This document shows, piece by piece, positions 24,301-33,538 of a stretch of DNA of 64,000 nt; the first letter of the stretch is position 1, and every line of letters starts with the position of its first letter. A program made the position numbers and the translations under genes. Under the pieces are notes generated by a model, which did no database searches, was not told where the DNA came from, and saw only the letters and a program-made list of their open reading frames with translations. This DNA comes from a virus, in the IMG/VR virus record IMGVR_UViG_3300014643_000020, positions 45,683 through 109,682 of that record. One strand, written 5' to 3'.

Positions 24301-24403
24301 CACATAGAAGTATATAATAACAGCAAATTTTTATTCAGTGTAGATAATGAACTAGAGTTATCGAATGAATTAAAAGAATTTGAACAATTAAATTATAAAA
24401 GTA

Positions 24404-24432
24404 TTGACAAATAAAAATAATTAAATTATAAT
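24404..24432 (+). promoter_or_regulatory. Perfect-consensus sigmaA promoter upstream of the mazF-like gene
   Basis: TTGACA 24404-24409, 17 bp, TATAAT 24427-24432; operator copies at 24383-24398 and 24416-24431. Confidence 0.85.
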
Positions 24433-24502
24433 ATACTTATGCACTAAAGAAAATTTATGAAGGGAGTTGATATTCGATAAAACAAGAAAGGATGATATTA
24501 AT

Positions 24503-24907
24503 ATGAAAGTAAAAAGAGGTGACTTATATTGGGTAAACCTTGATAAAGTCATAAATACTGAAGATGAAAATTCCAAGCATATTCAAAGTGGGTTTAGACC
24601 ATGTTGTGTTACACAAAATAATATTGGCAATAAATACAGTCCTACTGTAACATTATGCCCTTGTACAAGTAAATTAGATAAGCGTAATTTACCAACGCAC
24701 ATGATAATAACAAAAGAGCAATATGGTGAGGATATGCTTGAAATGGATACAACTATATGTACTGAAAGTGAAATTACAGTAAATAAAGACTGGTTAAAAA
24801 CAAACTGTTCATACATATTAACGCTTAACGATTTAGACCAGAGAAGATTGAGCAAATGCATGATTGTATCCAAAGGCATAAAGATAGAAGATATATTATA
24901 TAATTAA
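24503..24907 (+). CDS. mazF: MazF/PemK-family endoribonuclease
   Basis: KRGDLYWVNL...QSGFRPC..TQNNIGNKYSPT...TSK...LPTH; ATG 24503 after AGAAAGGA (ORF track start 24467). Confidence 0.85.
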   Translation: MKVKRGDLYWVNLDKVINTEDENSKHIQSGFRPCCVTQNNIGNKYSPTVTLCPCTSKLDKRNLPTHMIITKEQYGEDMLEMDTTICTESEITVNKDWLKTNCSYILTLNDLDQRRLSKCMIVSKGIKIEDILYN

Positions 24908-24940
24908 ATGAGCCATTCTTGGCTCTAATACATAGAAGGA

Positions 24941-25384
24941 GTGAAAATGTCAAATAACAGTAATATAAAGATAATTAAATTGCTAAGTATAGTTATTATA
25001 TTGTTAATATTAATTTTAGTTTTATCAACAATGAATATAAAAGAAAAGAAAGATAAAATAATAATACTTAAAAATGAAAATGTGGTTTTAATACAAGAAA
25101 AAACACAATTAGAAAATAAAAATAAAGAGTTGTTGCAATATGATTTAAATAACCCATATGATAGTATAATATTGGGAATAACTAATTTAGCGTTCGCAAG
25201 AGAGTATTGGAAACAACGAGGTATAACAAACCAAGAAGAATTATTTTATTATATAACAACTTCATATAATAGAGGAATTTCTGGCTTAATTGATTATATA
25301 AAAGTAAATAAAACACCAGTAAGCAGATATAGTATAAAAATATTAAGAAGTAAATCAGATATAGAACAAAATAACAACAATTAA
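24941..25384 (+). CDS. Membrane-anchored protein with a partial SLT/lytic-transglycosylase-like C-terminus
   Basis: N-terminal TM, coiled coil, then NPYDSI..G...SYNRG...YS.KI; the N-terminal catalytic Glu motif is not evident. Confidence 0.45.
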   Translation: MKMSNNSNIKIIKLLSIVIILLILILVLSTMNIKEKKDKIIILKNENVVLIQEKTQLENKNKELLQYDLNNPYDSIILGITNLAFAREYWKQRGITNQEELFYYITTSYNRGISGLIDYIKVNKTPVSRYSIKILRSKSDIEQNNNN

Positions 25385-25442
25385 ATTATAATAAAACAAC
25401 ATTAATACATATAACATATAATAAAAAAGGAGGTATTTATAT

Positions 25443-26348
25443 ATGGATAATACAGATATACAATTAATAGATATGTTTCTTAATTCATACCCAAAGGATA
25501 GTAAAACTAGAATTAATTATAAAGTTGATATAAATCAATTTGCTAAATATGCCAAATCCATTAATAAGGGATTGCTACAAATAACAATAGATGATTGTAA
25601 CAATTATTTTAATAACACAAGTAAAATGCAATTATATGCTGGAAGCAGTTTTAATAGAAAAATCATATCAATAACTAAATTTTATGAAAGAATGAAAAAC
25701 AGAAATTTATATAATGATATATTACCTACAAATGAAGTTGCATATAAAGATTCTACACCAGAAAATAGCGGAGAAGTAAAATTTATTATAAACAGCGATA
25801 TTAAAAAGATAATAAAATATGCTGAAGAAAAGTATAAGAGTTATAATGGAAAGAAAATGATTATGCACTTGAGAAATTATATAATATTATTTTTAATGTT
25901 CAATACTGGATTTAGGAGACATGAAATAGTAACATTTGAAGTTAGGGATGTAGATTTTATAAATAATCAAATTACAAATAGAAAAATAAATTCTAAAAAT
26001 GGCAAATCAATAACAAGAGATTTATCAGAAAATACCATAGAAGTATTAAAAAACTATATTAAATTGGCTAAATTACATGAAAAAAATTATCTATTTGAAA
26101 GTGTTAATAATAAAAAATTACATGAAAATGAAATAAATAGGATATTAAGTGAAATAATAAATGAATTAAATATGACACATATAACACCACATATGATTAG
26201 GCATACATTTGCAAAAGTATATTACATGAAAACAAAAGACATAGTCGGATTACAAGAAGTATTGAATCATAAAAAATTAACTTCAACAGAAAGATATGTT
26301 AGTAATAATTTGATGTCAAAAAGTAACAAAATATTAGATTTAGTATAA
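25443..26348 (+). CDS. Tyrosine recombinase/integrase (XerC/D-like, YopP-like position), catalytic residues intact
   Basis: TGFRRHE (R), SKNGK (K), TPHMIRH (HxxR), LNH (H), TERY (Y). Confidence 0.92.
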   Translation: MDNTDIQLIDMFLNSYPKDSKTRINYKVDINQFAKYAKSINKGLLQITIDDCNNYFNNTSKMQLYAGSSFNRKIISITKFYERMKNRNLYNDILPTNEVAYKDSTPENSGEVKFIINSDIKKIIKYAEEKYKSYNGKKMIMHLRNYIILFLMFNTGFRRHEIVTFEVRDVDFINNQITNRKINSKNGKSITRDLSENTIEVLKNYIKLAKLHEKNYLFESVNNKKLHENEINRILSEIINELNMTHITPHMIRHTFAKVYYMKTKDIVGLQEVLNHKKLTSTERYVSNNLMSKSNKILDLV

Positions 26349-26387
26349 TCCACCTATAACTTAATAATTAATTTATAACAATTGATA

Positions 26388-26416
26388 TTGACAAATTTAT
26401 GTACATATGTTAAATT
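26388..26416 (+). promoter_or_regulatory. Extended -10 sigmaA promoter
   Basis: TTGACA 26388-26393, 17 bp, TG-n-TAAATT; operator variant at 26363-26378. Confidence 0.6.
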
Positions 26417-26475
26417 TAAAGTGACGAATAATGAAATTATAAGAAAAACATATGTTATAATAATTATTATTAAGG

Positions 26476-27786
26476 GTGGTGTATACAATGAAACAAGAAA
26501 GAGAAGCATTAGAAGCGAGTTTAACCTTACATTTAAATAATTTGCTTAATAAAGGAAATAAAAATAGACTTATAGATGTATTCACAGAAGAATTAAAAGA
26601 TTATGTTAATAGAGGTAAAGTAATTCAATTAATAACATTAAATTTACCTCTGTGTTCCGCTAATACGAATGAATTATATAATGTTGTAAGAATAGCAAAG
26701 AAATTTTTTGATTTCAATGTAGTATTAGAAGATTATTTTACGGATTCAGAAATGACTAATGCTATAAATGAAAGAATAGTACATTTTGATGGTATTTTAC
26801 GATTTGACAATGTTTTATATAACGGAAATGACTTGAAGCCTGAATGGACTTGTATTATAAGTTACGAAGAATTGGTTGATAAATTCAATACTGGAGCATT
26901 AACTTATAATATGGAAACACAACGAGCAGGCAAAATGATTAAAATTGGTAGAGATATAGTAATAATACCAACAGTTAATCCAGAATCAAGGAACTCAATT
27001 AAAAGAGAAATATTAATCAATAATTTTTCTACAAACATGATTACATTAAATATAACAAGAAATGGAAAAGAAACTAATAATGTTATTTATGATGAAATAG
27101 AAAATAAATTGGGTATTGATACAAGGGCAATGGAATGTGCAATTATTGATGGTATGCATAGAACATTAGCATGTGTAGATGCTTATGAAGAAAATCCAAA
27201 TATTAAAGGACATTTTGTACTTCAAATTAAAAATTTAACTATCCAACAAGCTAAAAACTTTATTATTCAAGAATCCAAAGCTAACAAACACAATGAAGAT
27301 GCATTGGAATTAATGGATAATACAAATGTGTTTACAATATTCATTCAAGATTTAGATACATTTGCAAATAGAGATAATAACATATTCTTTAATAACATAA
27401 ATATCAATATGGATAAACATGAGTTTTTAATCCATGATTTTAATGTTAAAAAAGGATTAATAATGGCTGGTTGGGATAATATCATTTCTCAAAATGATGT
27501 ATTAAAAACGGATAAAGTATTAAAGTATATAACTAAATTTTTTACTACATTTTATAAATTAGCTGATTTAGATAATCAAGTTTTTACCGACACAAGTTTC
27601 TTTGTTGGTTTATTTGTTACATCATACCAGATGTATCAATCAAATGAATTTGTAGATGTCGAGGAAATAGAAAAGCTAGTTAAGAAGTTAAATAAAAATA
27701 AAAAGTTAGAAGAATATACTTTTAATTTACCAATAAAGGCATATGAGGAAAAAGATATTGTTAAGAAGTTTAAGGATTTAATATAA
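26476..27786 (+). CDS. DGQHR/DndB/ParB-like domain protein (SPbeta YopQ-like)
   Basis: IIDGMHR motif, YNMETQR; lies between two recombinase-fold genes as in SPbeta yopP-yopQ-yopR. Confidence 0.65.
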   Translation: MVYTMKQEREALEASLTLHLNNLLNKGNKNRLIDVFTEELKDYVNRGKVIQLITLNLPLCSANTNELYNVVRIAKKFFDFNVVLEDYFTDSEMTNAINERIVHFDGILRFDNVLYNGNDLKPEWTCIISYEELVDKFNTGALTYNMETQRAGKMIKIGRDIVIIPTVNPESRNSIKREILINNFSTNMITLNITRNGKETNNVIYDEIENKLGIDTRAMECAIIDGMHRTLACVDAYEENPNIKGHFVLQIKNLTIQQAKNFIIQESKANKHNEDALELMDNTNVFTIFIQDLDTFANRDNNIFFNNININMDKHEFLIHDFNVKKGLIMAGWDNIISQNDVLKTDKVLKYITKFFTTFYKLADLDNQVFTDTSFFVGLFVTSYQMYQSNEFVDVEEIEKLVKKLNKNKKLEEYTFNLPIKAYEEKDIVKKFKDLI

Positions 27787-27790
27787 AGGA

Positions 27791-28897
27791 GTGGGTAATA
27801 TGTTTGATAAGGATTTAAAAGATAATTTCATTAAAACCGCCAGATTAGAGTATGGTGAAGATATGGTAAAAATTAGAGAGTGGTTGTTAAATAGTATTAA
27901 TAACTATGAAGATACTGTAAATAAGTCTATATTAGATATGACTAAAAATGAAATAAAAGAATTTTTCATTTCTTTGAATGGTAACACAATGGCTACTATA
28001 GATGGGGCGTTTTCACAATTAAAAAATTATATATTACTAAGTGGTGAAACTCATAGAAATGCATTTTTTAGTATCAATTTATTTGAAAGAAAAGAACTAT
28101 CTAAATTAATAGATAATAATGCTAATTATCAAAGACATATCACTATATCTGAGTATGAAGTATATTGCGAAAGAGAATGTAATGCACAGGATACAGCATT
28201 GTTAATACTACTATGGAATGGAGTGTATAGTAGTAATAAAGAACGATATAGTGACATAATAGACATTAAGGTAAAACAATTTGACTTCAGTAGTCGAAAA
28301 TTAAAATTAATAGATGGCAGAGTAATAACTTTTACAGAACGTGAAAATCAATTACTCCAATTAGCGATAAATGAACAATATTACAGAAAGTATAATGATG
28401 ATGACACTTTGAAATATGAAACACCATATCTTGAAGGTGAGTATTTTATTAAACATACAAGTGGCACAGCCAATAAGGATTCTGATAATAATCAAACACC
28501 TATATATACAATTAGTTTAAGGCTTACAAGATATTTTAAGAAAATTGGAGCAAGTTTTTTAACTGGATATAGTGTTTATTTGTCAGGATTAATATACAGA
28601 TGTTTAGAAGATAACGACTTTAACCAAATGTCTGTCACAGAAATGAAAAAACAATTAAGTGATTTTGATATATCTGTAAACAAAATCACTGAAGCTAAAA
28701 AGATAATTGAAGATAAGTTAATAAAAGAAGGCTATGCTTCATTAAAGCATCCAAATCAAGAATTTGAGATAGAAGAAGTGATGCAAAAATATCATAATAA
28801 AGAAGTGAACTATAAACAAGGAGCAGAATTATTGAACATAGGACAAACGACATTCTCAAGATATTATAAAAAATATAAAGAAAGCAAAGGTTTATAA
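27791..28897 (+). CDS. Catalytically degenerate tyrosine-recombinase-fold protein with C-terminal HTH (MrpR/YopR-like repressor candidate)
   Basis: Box-I-like ALLILLWNGV...DIIDIKVKQFD; HxxR replaced by GYSVYLSG; C-terminal YKQGAELLNIGQTTFSRY HTH. Confidence 0.6.
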   Translation: MGNMFDKDLKDNFIKTARLEYGEDMVKIREWLLNSINNYEDTVNKSILDMTKNEIKEFFISLNGNTMATIDGAFSQLKNYILLSGETHRNAFFSINLFERKELSKLIDNNANYQRHITISEYEVYCERECNAQDTALLILLWNGVYSSNKERYSDIIDIKVKQFDFSSRKLKLIDGRVITFTERENQLLQLAINEQYYRKYNDDDTLKYETPYLEGEYFIKHTSGTANKDSDNNQTPIYTISLRLTRYFKKIGASFLTGYSVYLSGLIYRCLEDNDFNQMSVTEMKKQLSDFDISVNKITEAKKIIEDKLIKEGYASLKHPNQEFEIEEVMQKYHNKEVNYKQGAELLNIGQTTFSRYYKKYKESKGL

Positions 28898-28947
28898 ACT
28901 TTTGCTACTACATAACAATTAAATTATAAAAAAATAAATCAAAACAC

Positions 28948-28976
28948 TTGACAATTAATTTATAATATAGTAAGAT
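28948..28976 (+). promoter_or_regulatory. sigmaA promoter with an operator in the spacer
   Basis: TTGACA 28948-28953, 17 bp, TAAGAT 28971-28976; GACAATTAATTTATAA 28950-28965; a second operator at 28914-28929. Confidence 0.75.
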
Positions 28977-28980
28977 ATAG

Positions 28981-29205
28981 AAAAGATACAAAAGATACAA
29001 AAGATTAAGCTTTCTCATAAGTGTCGAATTGCTGAATAGCATTTGTACATAGACCTCCAAAAAAACACAAGAGAAGAAACACCTCCATTCGACCTTTGTG
29101 AGAGAGTTTAACAACTTTCTTGAACATTATATTTTCTAAATGTTCAGCTAAATATATGTTACAAACATAAAGAGGATAGTCTGACCACTATCCTCAACCT
29201 CCAAT
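28981..29205 (+). ncRNA. Putative structured sRNA/leader with three ACCTCCA motifs
   Basis: Long stem 29006-29030 / 29087-29110, two further hairpins, ACCTCCA at 29053, 29081 and 29197; directly downstream of a promoter. Confidence 0.4.
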
Positions 29206-30659
29206 AATAAACAATTAAATTATAATAAAAAAGATTAAACAAAAGTTTTATTAAAAGTAAAGGGGTGAAAAAGTGAGTAAAATCAATATTAACGAATTTG
29301 TAAAAGTAAAACTAACCGACTATGGTAAGGATATATTTTATCATCAATATGACAATATTAATAAAAAATATAATAAAAATATTTGTAAACCACATTTGCC
29401 AGATGTTGATGATGAAGGATATACCAAGTTCCAATTATGGGGTTTAATGCAGTTATATGGTACATATTTTATTTTAGGTAGTGTGAATATTCCATTTACG
29501 GAATTAGTATATGAAGATTAAAAGGAGGATTTTCAACAAAGTTGAGTGTTGAAATATCAATGAAAAGGAGAGTGAAAAGTGAAAAGAAAAGAAATAGAGG
29601 AATGTACGGATTTAATAATGTTAGAAAAAGCGGAAGAACGAGCATATCAAAAATGTGTTGACTTTAATAATTGTTCAATTTGTCCTTTGAGCTATAATAC
29701 GATGTTTCATAATTGTGAACTTAATACTTTAACTAAAAGAATAAGATTATTAGTGACTAATTTAAAGGAGGTGTAGAAAAGTGATAATATGCACATCAAA
29801 AAAATGTACAAAACAAAATGAATGTGCAAGATGGGGTGCAATAGATAAAGAAAAGGATACATATTTTAATTTAGAAAGTGATTGTTGTAAGGCGACTGGG
29901 TGGGATTTCTTTGTATCACATAAAATAATTATAGGCATAGATTTATCAGATGACAAAGATAAAATATCATATAGAAGTTAAAGAAAGGAGAATAATATAT
30001 GATTAATTTAATACCAAGATTACATATTAATATTGATTTAGATAGTAAACAAGGAATAAAAGAATACAATTGGTTAGGTAAAGTTTTTTTTAAAAGAGAT
30101 TATAAAGGTTTTACAGTGGAAAATAATACTCTTAAATTAGATAAAGTCTATCCTAAAGGTACGAATTTAACAGTTTGTTATACCACAAATGTTAATTAAA
30201 ACTAATATTTTAAAAGGAGAGAAAATCAAAACAATAAATGAGATTTTAGAAAACTATTCTGAATACGAAACATCTTTAGATGATAGATTTGGTAGTAGAT
30301 TATGTGAATTTTTAACAAATGAGCAAGTAGAAAAAATTGGTTTTGAATTTAAAGATGAATATACTTTTAATAGAAAAATAAAAGATTGGACTGAAGAAAA
30401 TATTATTCAGCAATTAAAAGAAGATGTAAAGTTTGGTTGGCAAAAATGTCAAGACCAAAGAGGAATATCAGCAGAATTGATGTCACATGTGGTAAGAGCA
30501 TGGTGTAAAGTTTTAGAAAATAACTTACATGATGTATATTATGGATACTATGGTGACAATGTTTTCAAAACAGTTGATAGAGAATATGGTTTTGGTATAA
30601 CTAATTAGATTAAAACATAAAATTTATAAACAATTAAATTATAAAAAAAGGAGATAAAA

Positions 30660-31205
30660 ATGAAAAGAATTTTAAGTTTAGTAATATTATTAGTTTTAGT
30701 AATAACTGTGTTTACAGGGTGTTCAGATTTTTTTGAGGATGAATCGTATTCAACTTATGATGATATTAATAAACAAGATGATGTAGCAGGAAGAATGGCT
30801 AAAAATCAGTCAACACCAACAGATATTAATTATTCATTGGAGAGATATAATCTAATTCGTAGGGCGTATTGGGTAAATGGTGAAAGAGAAAGAGCAAATT
30901 CACTTGTTTGTCAAATTGAAAAACCACTTGGTTACATAGTGTTATTTAGTGAGAGTGGTGCTATTTTAGGTAAATTTATAGTAGATGGCAAAGTAACTTA
31001 CTTAAATAGTTATTTAACTCCTGATTATTCATCTAGTGGTAGAGAAATGGCTGATGTAGCAGGAACATATGGTGATAATGCAGACGGAATATTCTTCTTT
31101 ACACCTGACGGTAAATATATAGAGTTTTCTGGCAAATATCTATATTCAGATATTCCATTTGAAATAGAAAATCCAATATTAAAAGTAGGCACAGATAATG
31201 AATAA
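30660..31205 (+). CDS. Lipoprotein
   Basis: Signal peptide MKRILSLVILLVLVITVFTG-C lipobox. Confidence 0.75.
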   Translation: MKRILSLVILLVLVITVFTGCSDFFEDESYSTYDDINKQDDVAGRMAKNQSTPTDINYSLERYNLIRRAYWVNGERERANSLVCQIEKPLGYIVLFSESGAILGKFIVDGKVTYLNSYLTPDYSSSGREMADVAGTYGDNADGIFFFTPDGKYIEFSGKYLYSDIPFEIENPILKVGTDNE

Positions 31206-31575
31206 GAAAATTATATTATTTTGTTTAGTCACATTGTTATTATTAACATTTACTGGCTGTACCAAAGGAGCGGTGGCTTGGTATAACAATTGGCAATATG
31301 GATTACAAAAGACAGATGATGCTACAAATTATAAAACAATTAAACAGGTAGAAGATACTTGTAGAGCAATGATAAGTAGTTATGAGACTGACAAACTTAC
31401 TTATATACAATACAAAGACAGTGAGAATAAAGACGAAAAATCTTGGTCTAGCCAAGCTAAAATGAGGGCTAACAAGACAGTTAATACTTATAATAACTAT
31501 ATACTTAAAAACAGCTTTGTTTGGACAGACAATATACCAAGTGATATTTATAAAAAATTAGAAATTATAGAATAG
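31198..31575 (+). CDS. Lipoprotein
   Basis: Signal peptide MNKKIILFCLVTLLLLTFTG-C lipobox; overlaps the previous gene. Confidence 0.7.
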   Translation: MNKKIILFCLVTLLLLTFTGCTKGAVAWYNNWQYGLQKTDDATNYKTIKQVEDTCRAMISSYETDKLTYIQYKDSENKDEKSWSSQAKMRANKTVNTYNNYILKNSFVWTDNIPSDIYKKLEIIE

Positions 31576-33094
31576 ATAAAAAAATGGTTTTAAAAGGAGA
31601 AAAGAATGGAATTTAAAAAATTAGGATTAAAACCTATAGGGGAACATTCTTATAGTTGGGCAGAAGGATTTTTCTTAAATAGTATGCCAAAATATGAATC
31701 AGGCATGCGACAAATCAACTGGGATGCAGTTAAAGAAATTTTAGATAGTAATTTATTTGAAAAAATTGAAGTTGGTCTTGCTGAAGATTATTACCAAACA
31801 CATGCTGTAATTTTTTACAATGATGAATGTATTATTATTGAAAATGATGGTTCTGGATTTTACGGAGCATCGAGATGGGCGACACCAGCTATAAAATTAA
31901 CGCAAAATGGCGAGACAATGTTATTTGAATGTTGGGTTTTAGGTGATAAAACTGATTTCCCAGACTGGTTAAAAGAAAAAGCAGTAAAGCATATTTATGA
32001 ATATGAATTAGAAGAAGATGATTATGATTACGATGAAGAATACATAGATTAAAAGATTGATTTTAAAGGAGTGATAAAACATGAATGTGTATGTAATAGA
32101 TAGATTAGACAGATTTTCGTATTGTGATAATTATAGAGCAGTAGTTATAGCTGAAGATGAATTACATGCAGAAAGATGTGCTAGAATTAACGTTGATGGA
32201 TTTAAGAAAGCTATATTAAAAGTTACAAAAGTTGAATTAGATAAAGAACAAGTTATATCAAAAGAAAATGTAGGAGCATAATAAAATAATTAAAATTAAA
32301 AGGAGAAAAAAGATGGATTATATAAAAGAGCATAACTGCTATGCACTAGATGGAAACAATTTAATATGTATAGAGCAATACGATGATAATGGTAAATTAA
32401 AATGGTATTGGATAAATGATGGTGAATTGAATCAGATTTTATTTTGTCCGTACTGTGGTGAAAAGTTGAGTTGATATATTAATTTGAATAGGAGGTTTAC
32501 TTGTGATTGTAGAATGTAAAACACAAACTGGCGAGAATATAACTTATGATATAACTGAAAATTTAGATATACTTTGTCATTATACAGATAAAATCTTAAA
32601 TGCTGTAAGTAATATGAGATGGACTTCAGATACATATTATTGGAACAAACAAATCACCGATGGCGAAAATATCATAAAAGAAATGGATAGAAAATTATTA
32701 AGAGATGCTTATAACCAAACTGACAAGTAATTATCTTTTGAAGAATTTGAATACTATTATAAAATAGCAAAGAAAAAAGAAAATGGTGAATCTGAGAAAG
32801 AAGCAAAAGAAGAAAAAATGGATAAAATAAACATGTGTATAATATTTGGTGTGCTAATGCCATTAATCATAATTGCATGTTATATTATGGCAACATACTT
32901 ATGATGTGGTTAAAATAATTGTTTTAAAGGTGGTAGTAGTATTAGAAATAAATTACTAATATTTAAAAATTCATTAAAATTATTAAAATTTCAATTTAAA
33001 CATCTTGATGATTATAATATTTTCATTAGAGTATTAAAATCGTTTAAAGCACAGTATAAGTATTTAAAAATTAAATTAAAAGAAGGTAAAAATT

Positions 33095-33538
33095 ATGAAA
33101 ATATTTGATTATGCAGATTTAGGCAATAAAAGGTCGTGGGATTATTCGGAAAAGGGAATAACACCAGAAGAAGATGATATTAATCCAATATTGATAACAG
33201 ACAAAGAAATCAATATGGATAAATTATTCATTATTAACGGTATTGCATATTATGTTTGCTCTATGAGTGGTAAAGGAAACATACGACAAGTTGCATATGT
33301 TGAAAGGTTAAAAAATCAAGCAGTTTTTATTGATGATGAAGAACCAGAAGATAAGGATTATACTAATGAAATAACATGTCCATACTGTAATACTGAAATT
33401 GAAAGTTGGGAAATGGATGAGGAAGATAATGAATATGAGTGTGAAAGTTGTAAAAGCACATTTTCTTATCAGAGAATTGTAACTGTTGAATATTGTAGTC
33501 AACCAGTAAAGAAATCTATACCAATTGTATTGAATTAA
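33095..33538 (+). CDS. Zn-ribbon domain protein
   Basis: CPYC...CESC. Confidence 0.55.
   Translation: MKIFDYADLGNKRSWDYSEKGITPEEDDINPILITDKEINMDKLFIINGIAYYVCSMSGKGNIRQVAYVERLKNQAVFIDDEEPEDKDYTNEITCPYCNTEIESWEMDEEDNEYECESCKSTFSYQRIVTVEYCSQPVKKSIPIVLN

Noticed and set aside
23686..25442. Arbitrium aimR/aimP upstream of the yopPQR-like cluster
   Set aside because: No ~380-aa HTH-TPR receptor or adjacent short secreted pro-peptide gene is seen
26476..27786. Dnd phosphorothioation operon
   Set aside because: Only a DGQHR-like motif is present; no dndACDE cluster, and the PAPS-reductase-family gene is ~35 kb away
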